In this document: positions 28,098-36,558 of the stretch, one piece after another
How positions within the stretch are numbered: position 1 is the first letter of the stretch
Layout of the letters: the number at the start of each line of letters is the position of its first letter
Source of the DNA: Bacteroidales bacterium
Lineage (GTDB): Bacteria; Bacteroidota; Bacteroidia; Bacteroidales; CAIWKO01
Assembly: GCA_035403765.1 (NCBI GenBank)
Contig: DAONFU010000001.1
Location: 1-43,291, forward strand
Length of the DNA stretch: 43,291 nt
Direction: 5' to 3'
Program-made: the position numbers and the translations under genes
The notes under the pieces: model-generated
Seen by the model: only the letters and a program-made list of their open reading frames with translations
Database searches by the model: none
What the model was told of the DNA's origin: nothing

Positions 28098-28643
28098 TCA
28101 GAAGGTAAGGAACTGGTCGGGATTGTGGTAGTTGTTCCTATCAATGTATTCATCATAAGTCTGATGATGGCGTTCCCTGTTGAATTTTTCATACAATTTG
28201 TATTCAGGAACAACCAAGGGTAAAATTCCAAGAAAAAATATTACCAAAGCCGGCAAAAGTATATTTAACAGAAATATTTTTTTTATTCCTTTCTCCAAAA
28301 AATGTTTGAAGAAAATAAAAAGAAAAAGTAAATTGATCCAGAAAAATACATTGGTAACGATAAGGATATTCTTCCAGTCGCCAATTTGCTGATAGCTGAG
28401 CAACAGGGCAATAAAACAAAAACTATGGATAGACAGGGTTATTGAAACGAAGTACTTTAACAGCCAGAATTTATATTCGATATTAAAGAATAAAGCTATC
28501 TGCAGCAAAGAAACGATGCTTAGGGCAATAAAACTAATAATGCTGGTCCAACAGAAAACCCCTGTCTGAAAAAAAACACATCCTCCAAGACCTACAACCA
28601 GCAGTATCAGAAAAGTAATCTTTATTATTTCAATGGTTTTCAT
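28098..28643 (-). CDS. hypothetical polytopic membrane protein (181 aa)
   Basis: About 5 hydrophobic helices and a polar His/Tyr/Asp-rich C-terminus. It lies 91 nt upstream of, and is co-oriented with, the A2M gene. The region is AT-rich. Confidence 0.6.
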   Translation of the reverse strand: MKTIEIIKITFLILLVVGLGGCVFFQTGVFCWTSIISFIALSIVSLLQIALFFNIEYKFWLLKYFVSITLSIHSFCFIALLLSYQQIGDWKNILIVTNVFFWINLLFLFIFFKHFLEKGIKKIFLLNILLPALVIFFLGILPLVVPEYKLYEKFNRERHHQTYDEYIDRNNYHNPDQFLTF

Positions 28644-28798
28644 AAATCATTCACCAAAACAATTATCTTTGGCGGATACAAAATTAATTAATTTTTATTT
28701 AAATGCAAGTTATTTAACATTAAGATTTTGCATAAATTTATTTCTTAACAATTCTACGTATTCATACTTTTTTGTACTTTTAATCAAAATTTTTGTCG

Positions 28799-30010
28799 AT
28801 GAAAATGCTAAAAAGAATTTTTCGCGTGCTGATACTTGTGCTGCTGATAATCTTTATAGGATTCGGAATTTTTCTATTTTATTTTACCCTAAAAGACTAC
28901 CAGCCGCTACCTGTGGAAGAAACGATGATATACAACCGCAAACCGACACGACTTATAGACAGTGTGCCGCTCACATTCATAAGCTGGAACATTGGTTATT
29001 GCGGCCTCAGTAAAGAAATGGATTTCTTTTACGACGGAGGCAGTATGGTGCGCCCCGACAAAAACATGCTGCAGAAAAATCTAAATGGGGTTTTTGACTT
29101 TCTGAGCACAAACGACAGTGTGGACTTTTTGTTGATACAAGAAATAGACTCCTCCTCAAGACGCAGCTATTATACCAATCAGGTATCCATTTTTGGCGAA
29201 TCGGTTAAAAGCCACTGCCGCAGTTATGCCACCAACTACCATGTGGGGTTTGTGCCGCTGCCTGTATTGAAACCAATGGGAAAGGTGCTATCGGGTCTGG
29301 CGACTTTTTCGAAATATATGCCGGAAAAATGTGAGCGGTACGCATACCCCGTAAACTATTTCTGGCCTATGAAAATCTTTATGCTCGACCGTTGTTTTAT
29401 GTTGCAAAGGCATAAATTATCATTCAGCGACAAAGAACTTGTAATCATCAACCTGCACAACTCTGCCTTTGCCGATGCTGATTTGTTAAGACAATACGAA
29501 ACCTGGATGCTTCGGGGTTTTTTGCTCAACGAATACGAAAAAGGCAATTATGTGATTGCAGGGGGTGACTGGAACCAAAACCCCTCTGCTTATGATCAGC
29601 TAAGCTTTATGGCGGGTTATGCAAAAAAAACAGGTATGCCCAAAGTGATGGACGACCTGTTGCCGCCCGCATGGAAATTTGTATTCGACACACTGCTGCC
29701 CACCAACCGCGACAACAACACGCCCTACCGGCACGGCATCACCCCGACCACCATTTACGATTTTTTTGTGGTTTCGCCCAATATCACTGTTGAGCAGATT
29801 AATGTCATCGACAGCCAATTTGAATTTTCCGACCATCAACCTGTATTTATGAGGGTAATGCTTAATCCCGATCCTTTTCACAACTGTGCCGACACGGTGA
29901 AAGAGTATGTAACAGGCCTGCAGGATTCCGTACAAAAACTAAACGAAAAGTACAACCCGGCATCCATAAAGCCCAAACCTCTTAGTCCACTACAAAAAAG
30001 TCAGAAATAA
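28799..30010 (+). CDS. membrane-anchored endonuclease/exonuclease/phosphatase (EEP) family protein
   Basis: N-terminal transmembrane segment. EEP motifs LLIQEID, INLHNSAF, GGDWNQNP and SDHQPV. The track start at 28793 is TTG; the first ATG is at 28799. Confidence 0.8.
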   Translation: MKMLKRIFRVLILVLLIIFIGFGIFLFYFTLKDYQPLPVEETMIYNRKPTRLIDSVPLTFISWNIGYCGLSKEMDFFYDGGSMVRPDKNMLQKNLNGVFDFLSTNDSVDFLLIQEIDSSSRRSYYTNQVSIFGESVKSHCRSYATNYHVGFVPLPVLKPMGKVLSGLATFSKYMPEKCERYAYPVNYFWPMKIFMLDRCFMLQRHKLSFSDKELVIINLHNSAFADADLLRQYETWMLRGFLLNEYEKGNYVIAGGDWNQNPSAYDQLSFMAGYAKKTGMPKVMDDLLPPAWKFVFDTLLPTNRDNNTPYRHGITPTTIYDFFVVSPNITVEQINVIDSQFEFSDHQPVFMRVMLNPDPFHNCADTVKEYVTGLQDSVQKLNEKYNPASIKPKPLSPLQKSQK

Positions 30011-31109
30011 TACGGTCGGCAAATAATTTTCCCTCATCGGTTAGTTGATAGGTATCTCCGGTTAGCGCCAACAGGATTTTGTTTTCGTATTTTTTTAGAA
30101 TTTTTTGAAAATAGCCGGCCCTTTCCTGCCCAAACAAGTCGCCCACAGCTTTGACAGACACGCCGCGGTTGGTGCGCAGCCCCATCAGCACAAATTCATT
30201 ATATTGCTGATTACTGTCCAGTATTTCCGATTCGGAGGGAATGATGTTTCTGTTTATTTTAGCGATATATTCCTCCATATTATTGGTGTTCCAGCTTCGG
30301 GAGGTCCGGTTGAATGAGTGTGCTGAAGGGCCTATGCCCAGGTAGGGTTGGTTTTCCCAATACATTGAATTATGTTTGGAGTGGTAGCCAGGCAGGCAAA
30401 AATTGGATATTTCGTAATGTAAATAATTATGTTCGGGCAAATATTTCATCACATAACGAAACTCATTGGCTCCTTCGGCTTCGGAAACCGGTTGTTTTTT
30501 CTGGTTAAGAATGAGTGCCTCCAGCGTGGTATTTGGCTCCACTGTGATGGCATAAGCCGAAATGTGGGGAATCAGCATATCCACAGCCCTGCTGAGGTTT
30601 TTGCGCCAGTGTTCCTGTCCCAGCGAAGGCATGCCGTAAATAAAATCTATGCTTAAATTATCCAGGCCGGCATCCTGCAGGGCTTTTATGGCATATTCGG
30701 CCTGTTCGGAAGAATGTATGCGGTTGAGGTATTTTAAATCCTCATAAAAAAATGATTGCACTCCGATACTGACACGGTTTATCTCAGAGCTTTTCAAATC
30801 CCTGACCTTTTGTGCATCAATGTCGTCAGGGTTGGCCTCGAGGGTAATTTCCGGGGTTTTTATTACCGTATAATTCTCCCTGACTGTATCTATCAAGCTT
30901 TTTACGTCATCCACGGCAAGCAGGGATGGGGTTCCCCCGCCAAAATAAATGGTTTCCACAGGTACATCAAGATAATCTTTTTGCAGTCGGAGTTCAGTGT
31001 GCAGGGCTGCAGTCAGCTCGTCCTTATATTTCGGCGAAGGGACAGAATAAAAGTTGCAGTAATGGCATTTTCGTTTACAAAATGGGATGTGAATATATAT
31101 TCCTGCCAT
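29982..31109 (-). CDS. hemW: radical SAM heme chaperone HemW (HemN-like)
   Basis: YIHIPFCKRKCHYCNF is a CxxxCxxC radical-SAM motif. The 375-aa length is typical of HemW. Confidence 0.9.
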   Translation of the reverse strand: MAGIYIHIPFCKRKCHYCNFYSVPSPKYKDELTAALHTELRLQKDYLDVPVETIYFGGGTPSLLAVDDVKSLIDTVRENYTVIKTPEITLEANPDDIDAQKVRDLKSSEINRVSIGVQSFFYEDLKYLNRIHSSEQAEYAIKALQDAGLDNLSIDFIYGMPSLGQEHWRKNLSRAVDMLIPHISAYAITVEPNTTLEALILNQKKQPVSEAEGANEFRYVMKYLPEHNYLHYEISNFCLPGYHSKHNSMYWENQPYLGIGPSAHSFNRTSRSWNTNNMEEYIAKINRNIIPSESEILDSNQQYNEFVLMGLRTNRGVSVKAVGDLFGQERAGYFQKILKKYENKILLALTGDTYQLTDEGKLFADRIISDFFVVD

Positions 31110-31153
31110 ACAAAGGTCTATTTACAACGCATTCGGGGGTAATCCCAGAACTT

Positions 31154-33466
31154 TTAAAACTTAAAACTGATGCCAAGACTGGGCATAATGGGTAACTGAT
31201 CAATACGTTTGTAGGTAATCCTGTCGAAATAGAAAATATTTTTCCGGTTGTAAACATTGGTTACGCCGAGGTTAATATCCAGCATCATATTTTTTCCGAA
31301 ATGGAACACTTTGTTACAAGACACGTCGAGCCTGTGATAATAGGGCAGCCTACCGCTGTCGTATTTGGCATAGATAATCCCCATGGTCCCGTTATCGGTA
31401 GTATAATCAGTGTTGACGCCGCCTGAAAAATCCAGTAATTCATAAAAGCCCTGTGTTTGCGAGAACGGGAATCCTGATCCCAGGTTCCACCGCACATTGA
31501 CGCCCCACGAAAGCGCTTTGCCGAAATTATAAGACCCCACCAGGTTCACATTATGCCTGCGGTCGTAATGCGGATAATACTTGTCATAGCCATCGTAGCG
31601 ATGGATAAAGCCATAAGAATACACCGCCCAGAGGTATAGAGAACGGTACTCATATTTTAAGGTAATGTCCACGCCTTCGGCATCACCCTTCTCGATGATA
31701 AAATCTTTTTTCAACACGTCGGGCTTGGAGGAATACTCGGGAGAATCGTTGTACACTTTACTGCGGTTGATATTGGTAAGTTGGTTAAACCATTTGTAAT
31801 ACCCTTCGAGATTTAGTGTAAGGTTTTTCAGGATGTCGATTTCCACACCAAAAATCACATGAGTGGCCTTTTGAAGTGCATGGGTTACATCCTTTCCGTC
31901 GAATTCGTCCTGCAGGTTGTCGGGGCCGGACAGGAATCCGTAGAACAAGTTGACCACATCCAGGTCGGAGGTAGAGCTGATAAGGTTTTGAGCATACATA
32001 CCGCCCGCCAGTTTAAACCGCAGGTATTTGGTGGCATTAAATTTCACAGCCAGGCGGGGCTCGGGCGAGAAGGTGGATAGTGAGGCATATTCCTGAGCCC
32101 TGAAACTGGGTTCAATGAGGAATTTGCCGAGTATCCATTTATATTTTACAAACAAGGCAAATTCGGTAGTTGATTCTTTTTGTTCTATCAGGCGGAAGGC
32201 GGAGTTGTAAAACTTAAAATTCGTTCCGAAGCCAAGAACTTCTATGCCATATCGCAGTTCGTTTTTTCCCATGAAAGAAGTGAAGTTGAGTCCCAGGTTA
32301 AACCCGTTGATGCGGGAGGATTTGGGCAGTTCGCTTTGGTCGGTGAGGGAAATATTATAGGAAGAATAGGCAAAAGCACCATCGATAAGCATGGAGGCCC
32401 GTGCCGGGATAATTACAAAATTGGCTCCGGCGCCGTAAGAATTCCATTTAAAGGTGGCCACCTGCCGGTAATCGGCCCGGTCGTTGAAGTTATATCCGTA
32501 AAAATTAACTTTACTGCCATTGGGAGCGTTCACTGAAATTTTTCCGTACAGGTCGGTATAGTTAAATGGCAGCCCCACGGTGTCCACATATTGGTATAAC
32601 ACTTTTGATGTTTGTTTGAGGTAAGAATTTTTAGCAGAGAAAATAAAGGAGGCATTGGCCTTGTCATCTTCTTTTTGTTTAACGATAGGTCCTTCAAGAA
32701 GTAATTTTGCTCCGAACGTATTGACATCCACTTTTCCGCTCATTCGTTTTTTGTTGCCGTCGCGAGTAGTAATATCCATCACTGAAGAGATACGTCCGCC
32801 AAACTCTGCGCCAAAGCCTCCGGTATAGACATCGGCATTTTTCATGATATCGGTGTCGAAAACAGAGAAAAGACCAATGGAATGGAAAGGGTTATACACT
32901 ATCATCCCGTCAAGGAGCACCTTGTTTTGGACTGGCGAACCGCCGCGTATATATAGTTGTCCTCCCTGGTCGCCGGTAAACACTACTCCGGGCAACACCT
33001 GGAGGTATTGCGCCAGGTCGGGGGTGCCGCCAATGGCCGGAATGCGTTCAATTTTTTCGATATTTACCACATCTTTTGAAACATTGGTTTCGGTTTTGCG
33101 GTCAACAGCTTCGCCCTGAATGTTCACCACTTCCATTTCGATAGCGAGTTTCTGAAGATAGAGTTTTTTGTTCAGGTTTTCGCCTTTGGCCAGGGTAACG
33201 GGCATTTTCACCGTATCAAAACCTATGAAAGTAGCCATCAGGATATAGTCGCCCGGCGGAATTTGTGTAATGGCGAAAAAGCCATTGATATCGGTTGTGG
33301 CTCCTATAGTGGTTTTGTGCAGATATACGCTGGTAAAAATGGCCGGTTCGCCGGTTTCTTTATCATAAACAAAGCCCTTGATGGTAGCTTTTTGTGCTAC
33401 AACCGACACAAAGGTCAAGGACAGCAATATACAGAGTAAAAAATAGCGGAATCTTGTAACTATCAT
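31154..33466 (-). CDS. TonB-dependent receptor with N-terminal carboxypeptidase-regulatory-like domain
   Basis: Signal peptide, then ATIKGFVYDKETGEPAIFTSVYL (CarboxypepD_reg-like), a plug region and a beta-barrel ending ...PSLGISFKF. The first ATG is at 33466; the track start is TTG. Confidence 0.85.
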   Translation of the reverse strand: MIVTRFRYFLLCILLSLTFVSVVAQKATIKGFVYDKETGEPAIFTSVYLHKTTIGATTDINGFFAITQIPPGDYILMATFIGFDTVKMPVTLAKGENLNKKLYLQKLAIEMEVVNIQGEAVDRKTETNVSKDVVNIEKIERIPAIGGTPDLAQYLQVLPGVVFTGDQGGQLYIRGGSPVQNKVLLDGMIVYNPFHSIGLFSVFDTDIMKNADVYTGGFGAEFGGRISSVMDITTRDGNKKRMSGKVDVNTFGAKLLLEGPIVKQKEDDKANASFIFSAKNSYLKQTSKVLYQYVDTVGLPFNYTDLYGKISVNAPNGSKVNFYGYNFNDRADYRQVATFKWNSYGAGANFVIIPARASMLIDGAFAYSSYNISLTDQSELPKSSRINGFNLGLNFTSFMGKNELRYGIEVLGFGTNFKFYNSAFRLIEQKESTTEFALFVKYKWILGKFLIEPSFRAQEYASLSTFSPEPRLAVKFNATKYLRFKLAGGMYAQNLISSTSDLDVVNLFYGFLSGPDNLQDEFDGKDVTHALQKATHVIFGVEIDILKNLTLNLEGYYKWFNQLTNINRSKVYNDSPEYSSKPDVLKKDFIIEKGDAEGVDITLKYEYRSLYLWAVYSYGFIHRYDGYDKYYPHYDRRHNVNLVGSYNFGKALSWGVNVRWNLGSGFPFSQTQGFYELLDFSGGVNTDYTTDNGTMGIIYAKYDSGRLPYYHRLDVSCNKVFHFGKNMMLDINLGVTNVYNRKNIFYFDRITYKRIDQLPIMPSLGISFKF

Positions 33467-33629
33467 AAATTGAATATCAAAAACCAATAATTTTTCAAAA
33501 TTAGAGATATTTTTTGGAAATATCTGAATAAAGAACAGTTATTTTGCGTTTGTATTACTAAAAAAACATTATTTTCAAGTAGTTTTTGCTTACGAACAAA
33601 TTTTAAATAAACGGCAAAATAAAGAGATC

Positions 33630-34202
33630 ATGAAAAAATCCCTGTTTTTGCTACTCATGTTAGCCTTGTACCTGCCCTTAACGGGCCAGAACTTTTCATA
33701 TCGAGCGGGTAAATGCGATACCAAGAGTGATTATTGCCCCAAAATAGCCTTGTTTCACCAAACCTCCTACAACTTTGGCGGCCTGGGAGTCAACTCTGTC
33801 AATGTGGATTTTATTGTTTTTTGCAACCGCAACTATATGGCGAGCATACGGGCCGGCATCAATTATTTATCCTTTCCCCGGGTACATGCCGCCGGCGTTC
33901 CGCTGGAATTTAATTTTATGGTTGGCCGCGGGGCCTGGCTTTTTGAGGCAGGACTTGGCGTTGACTATCTTTATTTTTACAAAGAATACCCAAAATTCGA
34001 AGGGCTTATAAATACCAACTTTTCATATCTGGCCGCCACGGGCATGATTGGCGTACGTTACGAGAGCCTCAACGGTTTATTTTTAAGGGCCGGATATAAC
34101 CCACATATGACAGTACTGGGCTTCGACCAGGCAGAGCCGCTGATAAAACACCCCTTTGTTCATATGGCTGCAATTGGGATAGGCTATACTTTTGATAATT
34201 AG
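33630..34202 (+). CDS. hypothetical outer-membrane beta-barrel-like protein
   Basis: Signal peptide MKKSLFLLLMLALYLPLTGQ, alternating amphipathic strands and a C-terminal ...GIGYTFDN. Confidence 0.6.
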   Translation: MKKSLFLLLMLALYLPLTGQNFSYRAGKCDTKSDYCPKIALFHQTSYNFGGLGVNSVNVDFIVFCNRNYMASIRAGINYLSFPRVHAAGVPLEFNFMVGRGAWLFEAGLGVDYLYFYKEYPKFEGLINTNFSYLAATGMIGVRYESLNGLFLRAGYNPHMTVLGFDQAEPLIKHPFVHMAAIGIGYTFDN

Positions 34203-34218
34203 GCCCTGCTGACCGCTT

Positions 34219-35226
34219 TCAATGTAAAATTTTATAAATCATCTCCTTCATTAGTTCGCTGTCGCCCGTGGATGTGCCATCGTTATTCACTCCTTTCGCC
34301 CGCAGGTCGAATTCGCGAAGCAATCCAAACACATTACGGAGTTTCTGTCGTGGATAGTTGCGGGCTGCTGTGGAATAATCGTCGATAAACATACGGCTTA
34401 TCGACAATGCCGACGCTACATTGTTGGCCGATCTGTCGTCGAGATGATGGTATAAAAACACTTTAGAAAAAAACAAGTACAATATGGGAATTACCTTCAC
34501 CATAGGGTTGTCTTTTTCGTTTTCAGCAAAATATTTGATGATTTGGTTGGCTTTAAAAATATTTTTGCTTCCCAGAGCCTTTTGCAATTCAAATATGTTA
34601 TAATCCTTGCTGATACCAATGTTTATCTCTACCTGGGCGGCTGTTATTTCAGAACCTCTGGGGTAATTAATGATGATCTTGCTAATTTCGTTGACAATTT
34701 TTCCCAGGTCGGTTCCGAGAAAATCGGCCATCATCATGGCGGCCTTTTGCTGTATAGAATATCCTTTTTCCTTCACATACGCTATTATCCAAGGCGTCAC
34801 CTGGTTATCATAGATTTTTGCCGATTCGAACAGGACGGCTTTTTTTTCCACCAGTTTGGCAAAAGATTTCCGCTTATCTAATTTGTGGTATTTGTAACCG
34901 ACCACCAGTATGGTAGAATCCACGGGGTTTGAGATATATTTTTCAAGATTTTCAATCTCTTTGATATCCTGTGCCTCTTTTACAATTACCAGTTGATAAT
35001 TCGACATCATGGGAAACCCCTTACACCTGTCCACAATATTCTGAATGCTGGTATCGCGCCCGTACAACACGTGAAGGTTGAATTCTTTTTCTTCGGGCTG
35101 CAGAAGATTATCTTCTATATAATCGCTTATCAGATCAATATAATAAGGTTCTTCGCCCGATAAAAAATATACCGGGTAATAGATTTTACGTTCGAGATCT
35201 TTAATTATTTCGCTATAGCTTTTCAT
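34219..35226 (-). CDS. holA: DNA polymerase III delta subunit
   Basis: YPVYFLSGEEPYYIDLISDYIE... and the 335-aa length are typical of HolA. Confidence 0.85.
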   Translation of the reverse strand: MKSYSEIIKDLERKIYYPVYFLSGEEPYYIDLISDYIEDNLLQPEEKEFNLHVLYGRDTSIQNIVDRCKGFPMMSNYQLVIVKEAQDIKEIENLEKYISNPVDSTILVVGYKYHKLDKRKSFAKLVEKKAVLFESAKIYDNQVTPWIIAYVKEKGYSIQQKAAMMMADFLGTDLGKIVNEISKIIINYPRGSEITAAQVEINIGISKDYNIFELQKALGSKNIFKANQIIKYFAENEKDNPMVKVIPILYLFFSKVFLYHHLDDRSANNVASALSISRMFIDDYSTAARNYPRQKLRNVFGLLREFDLRAKGVNNDGTSTGDSELMKEMIYKILH

Positions 35227-35231
35227 GGAGC

Positions 35232-36011
35232 TTATTTATAATCGAAATAAAGATGTTTCACGGTAAGCCTGTTGTTAATGAGCTGGTTTAGGGATTCCAC
35301 GCCTATTTTCAGGTGGTTTTCGGCGTACATTTCAGTAACTTTTTTGTCGCTTTTCTGGGTTTTGATACCCGATGAAATCATAGGCTGGTCGGAAACCAAC
35401 AGCAGGGCGCCCATGGGAATTTTATTTGCAAAACCCACCGTAAATAACGTGGCTGTTTCCATATCAATGGCCATCGCACGAATTTTGCGCAGATATTTTT
35501 TAAACTCGTCATCATGTTCCCAAACGCGCCGGTTGGTGGTGTAAACCGTTCCTGTCCAGTAGTCGAGTCCTAACTCGCGGATGGAGGTAGAAACGGCTTT
35601 TTGCAAATTAAAAGCCGGCAGCGCCGGTACTTCCGGGGGGAAATAGTCGTTGGAGGTACCTTCGCCTCTGATAGCGGCAATGGGAAGGATCAGGTCGCCG
35701 AGTTTATTTTTCTTTTTCAGACCACCGCACTTCCCCAGAAACAATGCGGATTTGGGCTCTACAGCACTCAGTAAATCCATGATAGTTGCCGCATTGGCGC
35801 TGCCCATACCAAAGTTTACGATAGTAATATTATTAGCTGTAGCGCTGGGCATGGCTCTATTTTCGCCACAGATGGGCACTTTGAATTTCTCTGCAAAAAG
35901 TTCGAGGTAATGATTGAAATTGGTAAGCAGGATATATTTTCCGAAAGCGCCAATCTCTGTTCCTGTATAACGCGGGAGCCAATCTTGTACTATTTCGTTT
36001 TTTGTTTTCAT
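35232..36011 (-). CDS. amn: short-form AMP nucleosidase (PNP/UDP phosphorylase fold)
   Basis: WLPRYTG...ILLTNF...FGMGSANAATIMDLL...FLGKCGGLK...AIRGEGTS...DMETAT. The first ATG is at 36011; the track start is TTG. Confidence 0.8.
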   Translation of the reverse strand: MKTKNEIVQDWLPRYTGTEIGAFGKYILLTNFNHYLELFAEKFKVPICGENRAMPSATANNITIVNFGMGSANAATIMDLLSAVEPKSALFLGKCGGLKKKNKLGDLILPIAAIRGEGTSNDYFPPEVPALPAFNLQKAVSTSIRELGLDYWTGTVYTTNRRVWEHDDEFKKYLRKIRAMAIDMETATLFTVGFANKIPMGALLLVSDQPMISSGIKTQKSDKKVTEMYAENHLKIGVESLNQLINNRLTVKHLYFDYK

Positions 36012-36060
36012 TGGCAAATATTTTATGAGTAACTTTAAGGCAAAAATACAAAAATAAATT

Positions 36061-36507
36061 ATGCTTCCGCTTAATCTTCCCTTCTACGAATTTTCAATAA
36101 TGCCTGGGGCTTCCCCGAAAATTTTTGATTTTATCAGGAAAAAATTTGTGGCCCTCACGCCTGAAGAATGGGTAAGACAAAATTTTTTGAGGTTCCTGAC
36201 CGAAGAAAAAAAATACCCGCCGTCGATGATTTTGCTGGAACAAACCCTGAAGGTTTATAAAACTCAAAAACGCTGCGATGCCGTGGTATATGACAACAAA
36301 GGGAAACCTCTGATGATACTGGAATTTAAAGCCCCCGAAGTAGCCGTCAACCAAAAGGTTTTTGACCAGATTGCACGCTACAACATTGCCCTCCATCTAA
36401 AGTATCTGATAGTATCAAACGGCCTGAAACATTTTTTCTGTGTAATTGATCCGGATAAAAAAACTTTTGCTTTTCAGGATGATATACCCGAATATCCGGC
36501 ATTATAA
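36061..36507 (+). CDS. stand-alone HsdR N-terminal-like PD-(D/E)XK domain protein
   Basis: EEWVRQNFLRFL...RCDAVVYDNKGKPLMILEFKAPEV carries D...E-x-K spacing as in type I restriction HsdR N-terminal domains. Confidence 0.75.
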   Translation: MLPLNLPFYEFSIMPGASPKIFDFIRKKFVALTPEEWVRQNFLRFLTEEKKYPPSMILLEQTLKVYKTQKRCDAVVYDNKGKPLMILEFKAPEVAVNQKVFDQIARYNIALHLKYLIVSNGLKHFFCVIDPDKKTFAFQDDIPEYPAL

Positions 36508-36558
36508 TTTGCTGACAATTAATTTTTACTGTAATTTTATACAAAATATTTTAATGAT

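Noticed and set aside
33467-33629. Possible riboswitch or leader upstream of the TonB-dependent receptor.
   Set aside because: The region is uniformly AT-rich, with no conserved riboswitch cores or stable stems visible.
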